DNA from: an uncultured bacterium
GTDB lineage: Bacteria > Margulisbacteria > WOR-1 > CAVSGV01
Assembly (NCBI GenBank): GCA_963768305.1
Contig: CAVYHE010000003.1
Location: 160,001 to 224,000, forward strand
Direction: 5' to 3'
DNA length: 64,000 nt
Part shown: positions 10,385 to 20,483 of the stretch, one piece after another
Position numbering within the stretch: the stretch's first letter is position 1
Layout: each line of letters opens with the position of its first letter
The notes under the pieces: model-generated
Told to the model about the DNA's origin: nothing
Databases searched by the model: none
The model's input: the letters and a program-made list of their open reading frames with translations, nothing else
Program-made: the position numbers and the translations under genes

Positions 10385-12758
10385 ATGCTGACGCCGCTTA
10401 TTATTATCACGATTACTTTTGTTATTGGGATTTTGACCGGCAATGTTTTTCACGTATCAATGATCATCTCGGGCGCCGCAATGATCACATGCATTATTTG
10501 CGCATTTATGATGTTTCAAACGGGGCAAAAAGCCGACTATCTGGTGATCTTTTTGATATTTCTTTTCGGCATTTTTTCCATTCAATCCCACGATGCAATC
10601 CCTGCAAATGATATTTCGCATTTTGCCGATGGCAAATATGTCAGGATAATCGGAGCAGTCGCGGATGAGCCGGCACTTTCTGACGGCCTAACAAGAACGA
10701 TATTACGCGTTCATTCGATCATCGTCCGGGGAGTGACATGTAAAATTTCCGGCAATATCAGTCTGTTCATCGAAAAATCGAAAGATCAGATATATTACGG
10801 CGATCAGATCTCTGTGGCCGGAAAATTGTCCTCTATAATCTCCACTTCAAATCCGGGCATCTCTTCTTATACGGATATCATGGCAAAAAGAAATATCAGA
10901 TGCCAGATGCTCTCGCCCGGGTCAGGCGTGAAGATATTGGCCAGGTCGATCGGTAATCCTTTCATAATGCTTTCTATCATTATCAGGGACAGATTGATCT
11001 CAGTGATACACAGTTCATCGCAGGAACCGTATTCTTCGATGATAGGCAGCATAATTTTCGGCTCCCGGGCATCTCCTTTGCCGAACGAGCTTAAGGATAC
11101 TTACAGGTCCGCGGGAGTTATACATCTTTTTATCGTTTCGGGATTGCAGGTCTCAATTATCGCGTCGCTGGTCTTGACTTTATGCAAATCGGCAGGACTT
11201 TCGCGCATTGCTAAATTAACAACAGCAACTTCCATTAATATACTTTTTGCCATCATTGTCGGGGCAGGGCCTTCCGTTGTCAGGGCGGTTATCATGAGCG
11301 AGGCGGCCCTTGTCGCGAACGTATTCGAAAGGGAAACGGATTTTTACAGCTCTCTCTCGCTGGCAGCCTTGATCCTGCTGATCTTTCGATCCGCGGAACA
11401 TTTTTGATATGGGGTTCCAGGCATCTTTTACGGCTACCTGGGCTCTTTTCCATGTTGCGCCTGTCATTGAGCAGATGCTGAAAAAAACGGTTTTAAAGCC
11501 TTTAGCGGCTGCGCTTTCAATATCGATAGCTCCGCCCGTTGCCACAACTCCGATCATCCTTTATAACTTGGGGCAGGTCTCTTTTGTTTCCGTATTATCT
11601 AATTTTGTTATCGTGCCTTGGCTTGAAATGACCGTCATTCTTGGGTTTACTTCGACTTTGATCGGCCTGATTTTTCTCCCATTAGCTTATGTTTTGAACA
11701 ATGCTTTAACGGTAATTTTGATCATTCTTAATGCGTTCGTTTATTTTTTTGCCGGGCTTCCATATGCCTGCAGATATTTCAAGCCGCCCCATTTGTTTGT
11801 GATATTGGCTTACTATATGATAGTGATATATATGGTCGAGGTTTTTAATGGGCGGGTAAAGATCAAAATGAATTTTAACAAGTTAAAGCCGGCGCTGATC
11901 ATATTGGCCTTGGCCCTTTCTTTAATATTTTTCTGGGGACATTCGAATGCCGCGCAGGACCTTACCGTGACAGCCATAGATGTCGGCCAGGGCGATTCAA
12001 TATTGATCGAATCGCCGTCAGGGCGAAAAGTGCTTATCGACGGAGGAGGAAGGCAGGAGGGCAGTGTGTCGGATGTTTCAAAAGATGATCAGATCGGCAG
12101 ATCGATCGTGGTCCCGTTCTTGAGGAAACAGGGTATCAACGAACTTGACCTCTTGATCCTGACGCATCCTCACGAGGATCATGTTGGCGGCCTTCCGTAC
12201 GTCCTTGAAAATATAAAGGTCGATCATGTCCTGGACAGCGGACAAACGCATCCATCACGAAGTTATCAGCATTTTCTGGAACTGATAAGGGACAAGCATA
12301 TTCCATATCAGCTTGCCAGGGCGGGACAGGCGGTCGATCTTGGTGGCGGAGCCAAGGGCTATATTTTGCATCCGTCGGATCCTTTTATCACAGGAACGAT
12401 ATCAGATCTGAACAATAATTCGGTGGTAATGCACTTGGTTTACGGAAACACTTCTTTCCTTTTGATGGGAGATACCGCTTTTGAGGGAGAGGACCGGATA
12501 ATGTCATTAGGATATGACATTAAAAGCGATGTTCTGAAAGTGGGCCATCACGGAAGCGCGACATCAACTTCGATGAATTTCCTGGAAGCTGTCAGACCGG
12601 AATATGCTGTTATTTCCGTCGGAGCACACAATAAATTCGGGCATCCCAGTCGGGATGCTCTTGAAAGGCTGGAAAATATCGGCGCAAAAGTTTACAGAAC
12701 GGATCTGAACGGTTCTGTTACTTTCAAGAGCGACGGGAATAGGGTTTTACCTCAATAG
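10385..12758 (+). CDS. comEC: DNA uptake channel ComEC/Rec2 (indel near 11400)
   Basis: GVIHLFIVSGLQ, SVVRAVIM, GFQASF, metallo-beta-lactamase part DVGQGDS, THPHEDH, KVGHHGS. Confidence 0.93.
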
Positions 12759-12810
12759 CACATTAGTACATTTCTTCTCTGAATTATGTTAAACTTTCCC
12801 CGGATCTGAA

Positions 12811-13401
12811 ATGAAAAGCATAATCATAGGACTTACTGGCCCCATTGCGGCCGGAAAAAGCACGGTTGCCGGCATCCTCGGCAGGCATGGAGCCGCGGTG
12901 ATCGATGCCGATAAGATCGGTCATCAGGTGATACTGCCTCAATCAAAAGCATGGCATGGAATAGTCAAGGCTTTCGGTTCCAAGGTCTTGAACAGAGGCG
13001 GGGCGATAAACAGAAAGAAACTGGCGCATATCGTTTTTTCCGGCAAACCCTCTCTAAATAAGCTCAATAGGATCACTCATCCTGAAATGCGAAAAATGAT
13101 AAGCGATCAGGTCCGGGCGGCGAAGTTCGAGGGTAAAAATCTGGTGATCGTCAATGCAGCTGTTCTGAAAGAAATGAAATTGCTGCCTTTGGTCGACAAA
13201 GTTCTGGCAGTTCTGGCCAAAAAAGACCTGCGAATCATTCGATTGGTCCGTTCCGGTCTGTCAAAAGCTGATGCTATTGCCCGCATCAATTCTCAAATTC
13301 CAGATTCAGAATACAGGAAGATGGCTGATATGGTCATCGAGAACGACGGTGATCTGAAAAAGCTTAACGAAAAAGTCAAAAGGACCATTGCATCTCTTTG
13401 A
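12811..13401 (+). CDS. coaE: Dephospho-CoA kinase
   Basis: [27 protein letters not shown]. Confidence 0.93.
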   Translation: MKSIIIGLTGPIAAGKSTVAGILGRHGAAVIDADKIGHQVILPQSKAWHGIVKAFGSKVLNRGGAINRKKLAHIVFSGKPSLNKLNRITHPEMRKMISDQVRAAKFEGKNLVIVNAAVLKEMKLLPLVDKVLAVLAKKDLRIIRLVRSGLSKADAIARINSQIPDSEYRKMADMVIENDGDLKKLNEKVKRTIASL

Positions 13402-15366
13402 ATAAATTCAAGATAGTTTCAAATTACAAGCCGTCGGGCGATCAACCGAAAGCTATTAATGAGCTGACGGAAGGTATTTTGTCCGGCGAAAAAGAACAGA
13501 CGCTCCTCGGCGTTACAGGAAGCGGAAAGACCTTCACTATGGCAAATGTCATTGAGCGCGTCCAGAAGCCCGTTCTTGTCATATCGCACAATAAGACCCT
13601 TGCTGCCCAGCTGTGCCAGGAATTCAGGAGCTATTTCCCTGAACAATGCAGTCGAATATTTTGTCTCATTTTATGATTATTATCAGCCGGAAGCTTATGT
13701 CCCCACAACCGATACTTACATTGAGAAAGATTCCGCTATCAACGACGAGATAGACCGGCTTCGCCATTCAGCCACGATGTCGCTTTTTGAAAGGCGCGAC
13801 GTGATCGTTGTGGCTTCAGTTTCCTGCATCTACGGCCTCGGGACGCCGTCAGATTACCTGAAAGCGATGTTCATATTAAAGCTTGGCCAGAAGTGTGAAA
13901 GGGATGAGATCGTTCGTCGTCTTGTGGAAATGAAATATCAGAGAAATGATGTTGAAATGACCAGGGGACGTTTCAGGGTTAGGGGGAATGTCCTTGAGAT
14001 ATGCCCTTCATATGAAAAGAACATCGTAAGGGTGGAGATATTCGATGACATTATTGAAAAGATATATGAACTCGACCCCGTCACGGGCGAAGTTTTGAGC
14101 AAAAGGGACAGCGTTTCAATATACCCGGGTACTCATTATGTCACATTCCGGGACAAGCTTGACGGCGCCATTAATTCAATTGAAGAGGAGCTTGAGCTGC
14201 GGCTTGCGGAACTTAAAGCCCAGAACAAGCTTCTGGAAGCGCAAAGGCTTGAGCAGAGGACCAGATACGACATAGAAATGATAAGGGAGATGGGTTACTG
14301 CAGCGGGATAGAAAATTATTCGCGGCATCTTGACGGCAGAGCCGCGGGACAGCCGCCCGGGACCCTTATGGATTATTTCCCGAAGGATTTTATTATGATG
14401 ATAGATGAATCACATGTTACCCTACCTCAGGTAAGAGGTATGTACGAAGGAGATAAGGCAAGGAAAAAGGTCCTTGTTGATTACGGGTTCCGATTGCCTT
14501 CCGCGTTGGATAACAGGCCGCTCAATTTTGAGGAATTCAAGCAGCACATAAATCAGGTCGTCTATGTATCAGCTACTCCAACGCCGTATGAGATCGGAAG
14601 GTCATCAAGAGTAGTTGAGCAGATAATCAGGCCGACGGGACTTATAGATCCCGAGGTAATAGTCAAATCCACAAAAGGACAAGTCGATGACCTGCTTGCT
14701 GAGATTAAAACTGTCATCAAAAGGAAAGAAAGGGTGCTGGTGACGACCCTTACGAAAAAGATGGCGGAAGACCTGGCTGATTTCATTCATGATAAAGGCA
14801 TAAAAGTCAGATATCTTCACTCTGATGTGGAAACCCTGGACCGCATCGACATATTAAGAGGGCTAAGGAAAGGTGAGTTTGACGTTCTTGTCGGGATAAA
14901 TCTTCTCCGCGAAGGGCTTGATTTGCCAGAAGTTTCGCTAGTTGCTATACTTGATGCGGATAAGGAAGGATTCCTCAGAGCGGAAACTTCGCTTATCCAG
15001 ACGATCGGAAGGGCCGCAAGGAACATATCGGGCAAGGTCATTCTTTATGGAGATGAGATCACCCGGTCCATGAAAAACGCGCTGTCGGAGACCGAGAGAA
15101 GAAGAACGATCCAGCTGGCTTATAATAAGAAGCATCATATTAAGCCGAAAACGATCGTAAAAGATGTTAAGGATATCAATGAAAATATCCGGCTTGTTAA
15201 GAAAGAAGAGATTAACAAATTAAAGGAATTTGTCCCGAAAAGCGAGCTGCCGGACCTGATACGGACGATGGAAGAGGATATGCTTATCGCGGCGACGGCC
15301 CTTGAATTTGAAAGAGCCGCGGAAATAAGGGACAAGATATCGGCTCTCAAGGAGGCATTTAAATGA
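13398..15366 (+). CDS. uvrB: Excinuclease ABC subunit UvrB (indel near 13640)
   Basis: [32 protein letters not shown]. Confidence 0.97.
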
Positions 15367-16247
15367 TCGATCTCGGAATGGTTCTGACCGCCATGGTCAC
15401 TCCGTTCAAAGCGGACGGCTCTGTGGATTATAAAAAGGCCTCTGAGCTTGCGCAATACTTGGCTGATAACGGTTCTGACGGACTGGTGGTCCACGGGACC
15501 ACGGGAGAATCTCCCACGCTTACACACGAAGAGGAATATGAGCTTTACAGGATCGTGAAAAAAGCTGTCGGCGGAAAAGTTAAGATCATCGCCGGAACGG
15601 GTTCAAATTCTACTGCAACGTCCATCAAATCAACTAAAGAGGCCGAAAAGATAGGCGTGAACGGGATAATGATAGTCGTCCCTTATTACAACAAACCTTC
15701 GCAGGAAGGGATGTATCAGCATTTTTCGGCGGTGGCGGCATCGACCAAGCTCCCGATAATTATTTACAATATCCAGGGAAGGACCGGCGTGAACATGACC
15801 GCCGATACGGTCGCGCGGCTCGCGAAGATAAAGAACATCGTGGGAATAAAAGAAGCCAGCGGAATGCTGGATCAGGTGGCGGAGATAAGGGCTAAAACTC
15901 CGAAAGATTTCGTTATTTACAGCGGTGACGATGATAAAACGCTCGATGTCATGAAAAGGGGCGGATACGGCGTCATTAGCGTCGCATCCCACATCGCCGG
16001 CAAGGAGATCAAGAAAATGTGCGAAGCTTTCCATGCCGGGAGATTAGATGAGGCCGAGAGGATCAATCAAAAGCTGTCTCCGTTGTTCAAGGTTTTGTTC
16101 ATCACATCAAACCCGACGCCCGTCAAGACGGCTCTTGCCATGATAGGGCGTCCGGTCGGTGGACTGCGCCTGCCTTTGATCGAAACGAATGACTCCGAAA
16201 AAGAACAGATACGAAAAGTTTTAAAAGACCTGAATTATATAAAATGA
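15363..16247 (+). CDS. dapA: 4-hydroxy-tetrahydrodipicolinate synthase
   Basis: [30 protein letters not shown]. Confidence 0.96.
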   Translation: MIDLGMVLTAMVTPFKADGSVDYKKASELAQYLADNGSDGLVVHGTTGESPTLTHEEEYELYRIVKKAVGGKVKIIAGTGSNSTATSIKSTKEAEKIGVNGIMIVVPYYNKPSQEGMYQHFSAVAASTKLPIIIYNIQGRTGVNMTADTVARLAKIKNIVGIKEASGMLDQVAEIRAKTPKDFVIYSGDDDKTLDVMKRGGYGVISVASHIAGKEIKKMCEAFHAGRLDEAERINQKLSPLFKVLFITSNPTPVKTALAMIGRPVGGLRLPLIETNDSEKEQIRKVLKDLNYIK

Positions 16248-16786
16248 AACTTCTCCTCCATGTTTGCTGCGCCCCGTGCTTTTCAGGCGCGAATTTGGCT
16301 TTAGCCGGGGAAGGTTTGGATCTGACCGGATATTTTTATAATCCGAACATCTATCCGGCTGAAGAGCTTGCAAAGCGGATCGGGACTTTACGAAAATATG
16401 ATGAGATCACCGGGAGAAGATCGATAATAATCGACGAATATAATGACGCAATTTTGTCTGAGTTTGGCGGGGATAATGAAGAAAAATGCCGAGATTGTTT
16501 TTTTGAGAGGCTTGGAGCGACGGCCGATTATGCCAAAGAGAATGGTTTCGATATTTTTTCGACAACTCTCCTAATAAGTCCATACCAGAAGCATGAGCTG
16601 ATCAGGTCTGTCGGCGAAGAAGTTTCAGGAAAGCACGGGATCGATTTTTATTATAAGGATATGAGGCCGTTCTACCGCGAGTCGGTGAACATATCAAGAT
16701 CAATCGGGTTATACAGGCAAAATTATTGCGGGTGTAACTTCAGCAAGGAGAACAGGCATGAGCAAGCTTTCATCGCTTCTAAGTAA
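16244..16786 (+). CDS. queH: Epoxyqueuosine reductase QueH (DUF208)
   Basis: LLHVCCAPC, FYNPNI, STTLLISPYQ, YRQNYCGC. Confidence 0.92.
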   Translation: MKLLLHVCCAPCFSGANLALAGEGLDLTGYFYNPNIYPAEELAKRIGTLRKYDEITGRRSIIIDEYNDAILSEFGGDNEEKCRDCFFERLGATADYAKENGFDIFSTTLLISPYQKHELIRSVGEEVSGKHGIDFYYKDMRPFYRESVNISRSIGLYRQNYCGCNFSKENRHEQAFIASK

Positions 16787-17414
16787 AGAACCGTTGACAC
16801 TGATCGTCCGGCTTCCGGAGGATACACTGGAAATGGCTGAAGCGGCTCAATTGGGCGGCGCTCATGCGGTGGTCCTGAATTTTGATCCCGGACAGAAAGA
16901 TAAACAGGACACTATCGCCATAGTGAGATCACTGAAAATACCCGTCGGGATCAAGATCGATAACAACATCGGCGACCGGGAGTTTAACGGCCTTGCAAAA
17001 CTGGGGGTGGATTTCATAGATCTCCCGTTATCCGGAGCGCAGGAGAGCATTTTCAAGTTCTCAGGATGTGACCGGATCCTTTCGCTTGGCCCCGATTATA
17101 GTGCGCACGATCTTACGAAATTGTCCAAAAAAGCGGTCGCTGCGGTGGAAGCCGCCGTAATAATCAAAGAAGAATGGGACAAGGAGCTGACCATAGGGGA
17201 CATTCAGCAGTACATCACTGTCGTTTTGTCGACGATGCTCCCTGTGATAGTGCCCACCCAGAAATCCGTAAGAGTAAGCGAAGTCCCTATAATTTGGGAT
17301 ACGGGAGCGAAAGGGATAATGATAGGCGAAAACGTCACGGGCGACGATCCCGCAACTTTGAAAGCTGTGACGGCCGAGTTCAGGGCCGCCGTTGAATTAT
17401 TAAAAGATGAATAA
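16758..17414 (+). CDS. Hypothetical protein, probably TIM-barrel fold
   Basis: 218-aa ORF with AAGGAG SD, overlapping both neighbours; alternating beta/alpha pattern ending GAKGIMIG. Confidence 0.6.
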   Translation: MSKLSSLLSKEPLTLIVRLPEDTLEMAEAAQLGGAHAVVLNFDPGQKDKQDTIAIVRSLKIPVGIKIDNNIGDREFNGLAKLGVDFIDLPLSGAQESIFKFSGCDRILSLGPDYSAHDLTKLSKKAVAAVEAAVIIKEEWDKELTIGDIQQYITVVLSTMLPVIVPTQKSVRVSEVPIIWDTGAKGIMIGENVTGDDPATLKAVTAEFRAAVELLKDE

Positions 17415-18267
17415 GATCACTTCAAATCCTCTGAAGTTCTTTATATTCATCGCGATGCTATTGTTTCTGGGGCTTCCTGCGTTCGCTGATGAAAAACCCG
17501 TTGTTTCCGTGGTCAATGGGACGAACATCGAAGCTTCCGTCAGGACTGCAGTGGACCTGTTGGGCGGAATGAGCGGGCGGGTGAAAAAAGGCGACAGGGT
17601 CATCATAAAGATCTCATTGGATGATGTGAAACCGTCAGGATCGGGATTGGTGACAAATGTTGCCGTGGTCAGGGCGATCATCAGGCTGGCGAGAGAGGCC
17701 GGAGCCAGGTCCATAACCGTTGCTGACGGTTCCTTGAAAGGGAACACATGGAAATGTTTTGACGCAGCAGGGTATACTCAAATGGCAAAAGAGGAAGGGG
17801 TTCAGCTTAAGGACCTTAATTCCGATTATATCTGGAGGGCGTGGCTGCCGGAAGGCGACAACCAGTATAAAAAATACAGTGTTTCGATGTTCGTGCTCAA
17901 TTGCGAAGTTTTCATAAATGTTCCCGTGATGAAGATCGTTGATGATCCGGCGCCTTCTCTCTCAATGAAAAACCTTCTGGGGATAATGATAGACAGATGG
18001 ACAAAAAGGAAACTTCCGACGGACAGCCAGCTGGATGACCTGATAGTGGACATGAATTTGATAAGGCAGAGCGACCTCGTGGTAATAGACGGCACGACCT
18101 ACGGGAATGTCATTATCGCCGGTAACGATCCGGTTTCCACGGACAGTGTGGCGATGCGGATGATGAAGATCGATCCTGACAAGATCAGTTATTTAAAGCT
18201 TGCGGAGAACAAAGGCATAGGCCGCAGCAAAGAATCGGATATTGAAGTGAAGAGCGAGAAGTTATAA
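17407..18267 (+). CDS. DUF362-domain protein with signal peptide
   Basis: AVDLLGGM, GDRVIIK, FINVPVMK, SLSMKNLLG, DPVSTD. Confidence 0.8.
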   Translation: MNKITSNPLKFFIFIAMLLFLGLPAFADEKPVVSVVNGTNIEASVRTAVDLLGGMSGRVKKGDRVIIKISLDDVKPSGSGLVTNVAVVRAIIRLAREAGARSITVADGSLKGNTWKCFDAAGYTQMAKEEGVQLKDLNSDYIWRAWLPEGDNQYKKYSVSMFVLNCEVFINVPVMKIVDDPAPSLSMKNLLGIMIDRWTKRKLPTDSQLDDLIVDMNLIRQSDLVVIDGTTYGNVIIAGNDPVSTDSVAMRMMKIDPDKISYLKLAENKGIGRSKESDIEVKSEKL

Positions 18268-18346
18268 GTTTTAAGTTCTAATAACCCCATTTTTTCACAT
18301 ATTCCTCTTCTTTCACTTTTCAAGCCTTATTTCCTTACTAATTCCG

Positions 18347-18404
18347 TAAGTTTTTGCTTATTTGCCACGATAATATTGAAATTTCATCTTGTTTTTGACG
18401 ATAT
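18347..18404 (+). promoter_or_regulatory. Two tandem sigma-28-like promoters
   Basis: TAAG-N15-CACGATAA (18347-18373) and TGAAA-N15-GACGATAT (18377-18404), then GAGGGGG SD. Confidence 0.6.
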
Positions 18405-18450
18405 CTATATAGAGGGGGTTTTCTATGGATTTTGCCCATTTACTATTGCC

Positions 18451-19444
18451 ATGAGTGATATATATATCGATAGCTGCTTGCGGACAATTAGTCCGGGCTC
18501 AACAACTGTGGTCAAGCAACCTGCAAATGGGAAAGACCTACAGGCATCCGTTGCTTTTGATCCCGATCAAACTACAGTTAAAGAACTGAAGGCTCAGCAA
18601 GTTCAATTAGGTATCCATTCTGTCAATCCGTGGATTGCGGAGCCGGACGTTACAAAGCAGAAAACAACTACGGGGATGACCTTGAAGGAGACGCTACTGT
18701 GGCCGATTCTATGGCCGATAAGAGAAACGGCTTATAAAATATGCAGCCATGAACAATTGGGGTATGTCAGCCCCATAGAGGTTTTTCAATCATTAGCTTC
18801 AACTAATGATTCTGTTTATACGGGTATTCGAGATTATAGCTTTAAATCAAAAGGGCATAACTTAATAGATTATTCTAATAATCCGGTCCCTAATATTTTA
18901 AAGATCTATTTGTGTCTGGATCCCCAACACTCTTCCCGTATCTGAATATAGACCTCAAAATATAAGCGATAAATCCGATATAACTTATTATAGTATAAAA
19001 CCTTGGAGTAAAATTACTGGACTTAATGAAATACAATATTACAGCAAGGTTAACGGGAAGCCGGATTATTATTGGCCGAAAGCTTTCTTGCTTAAACTAT
19101 TAATATTAAAACCGGGCGAAATTACTTATCTTAATTGGGATCATTATTTTTCTCTTGTTGTTAAATCTAAGGTTGATTTGGGTAGCCGTTTAGTGTCTTT
19201 TGGGAAAGATGAAAAAGGTGTTTATTTAAGTGTTTATGATGCTTGGGATTTTAAACCTGGCGACGGGTTTTATAAAGTAAATAAACCAGCAAATCTTTTT
19301 GAGCGAATGGAGCCAATTACAATGAATATGATAGGTAAGCCTATATATATTTACGATAGATTCTATATTTCTGAAAAAGCCATTAAACAAGCAATCGCAG
19401 ACAGACAGCCTGATAACAAAGAGGAGATAGATTGGCATGAGTGA
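18451..19444 (+). CDS. Unknown protein, paralog A (about 330 aa after removing one base near 18925)
   Basis: Starts MSDIYIDS; aligns end to end with the next gene; reading is open from 18926 to 19444 after the indel. Confidence 0.8.
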
Positions 19445-20445
19445 TATAACAATCGATAGCAGCTTAGCGGCTATAAACACAGGTCCAAAAACTTTGGTCA
19501 AGGAACAACCTGCAAAGGGAAAAGACCCACAGACACCCGTTGCTTTTAATTCTAATCAAACTACAGTTAAAGAACTGAGGGCTCAGCACGCACAATTGGG
19601 GAAGAGTCTGTCGATCCATGGATCGCGGAACCGGATATTACAAATCAGAAAAAAAACGCGGGAACTGACTTTAAAAGATAAATTGCTGAGGCAGATAAGA
19701 AAAGTCGCATATACAATCTGCAGCTATAGAGAAGAAAGCGAGAGAAGGCCTGGTTTTAAAAGCATAATGGACATTTTTGAGGCATTGGTATGTAAAAGCC
19801 AAATTCCTTATATTGGCCTTAGGCAAGGGATGAATCCAAATTCTCCATTGTTATCTAAAACCGCCATAAATATTTTAAGGATCTATTTATGTTTAGATCC
19901 AAATACTCTTCCAATATCTGAATATCGCCCGCAATCCATCAGCGATAAAGCTGACCAAATCTATTATAGTATTAAGCCATGGAGCGGAACACGCGAATTT
20001 TATGAAGCGAAAGAAAGAGCTATCCATCATTCGGGTCCGACCAGGATGATGATTATATTTGGACTTCAGAATTTTTACATAACTGTTACAACTTAAGCCC
20101 GGGGACATAACATACTTAAGCGGAGAACATTATCATACTTCCGAAGGGTTTTTAAATTACATCGGGGATTCGCCCTATTATTCCGGTTATTCCTTGGGAA
20201 ATTATCTTCTTTCTTTTGGCAGGGATAAACAAGGGGTTTTTATGAGCATTTATGATATCTATGATTTTAAGCCCAATGCAGGATATTATCATAGGGGATA
20301 TTATAATGATAGACCACTAACGCTTTTGGATAGAATTGAACCAGTGTTATTATCCGCAGTAAGCAAGCCAATTTACATTTATGACAGATACTATTTATCT
20401 GAAAAAGACATTAAGAATGAACTTGACCGCAGGCAAAGAAGATAG
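19437..20445 (+). CDS. Unknown protein, paralog B (about 335 aa, several indels)
   Basis: Starts MSDITIDS after GAGGAG; shares QTTVKEL, PWIAEPD, NILxIYLCLDPNTLP, LKPG, SFGxD..YD..DFKP, KPIYIYDR with paralog A. Confidence 0.8.
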
Positions 20446-20483
20446 ATAGAGCCTCCCTTATTATTATGCTAAAATAGTCCCCT

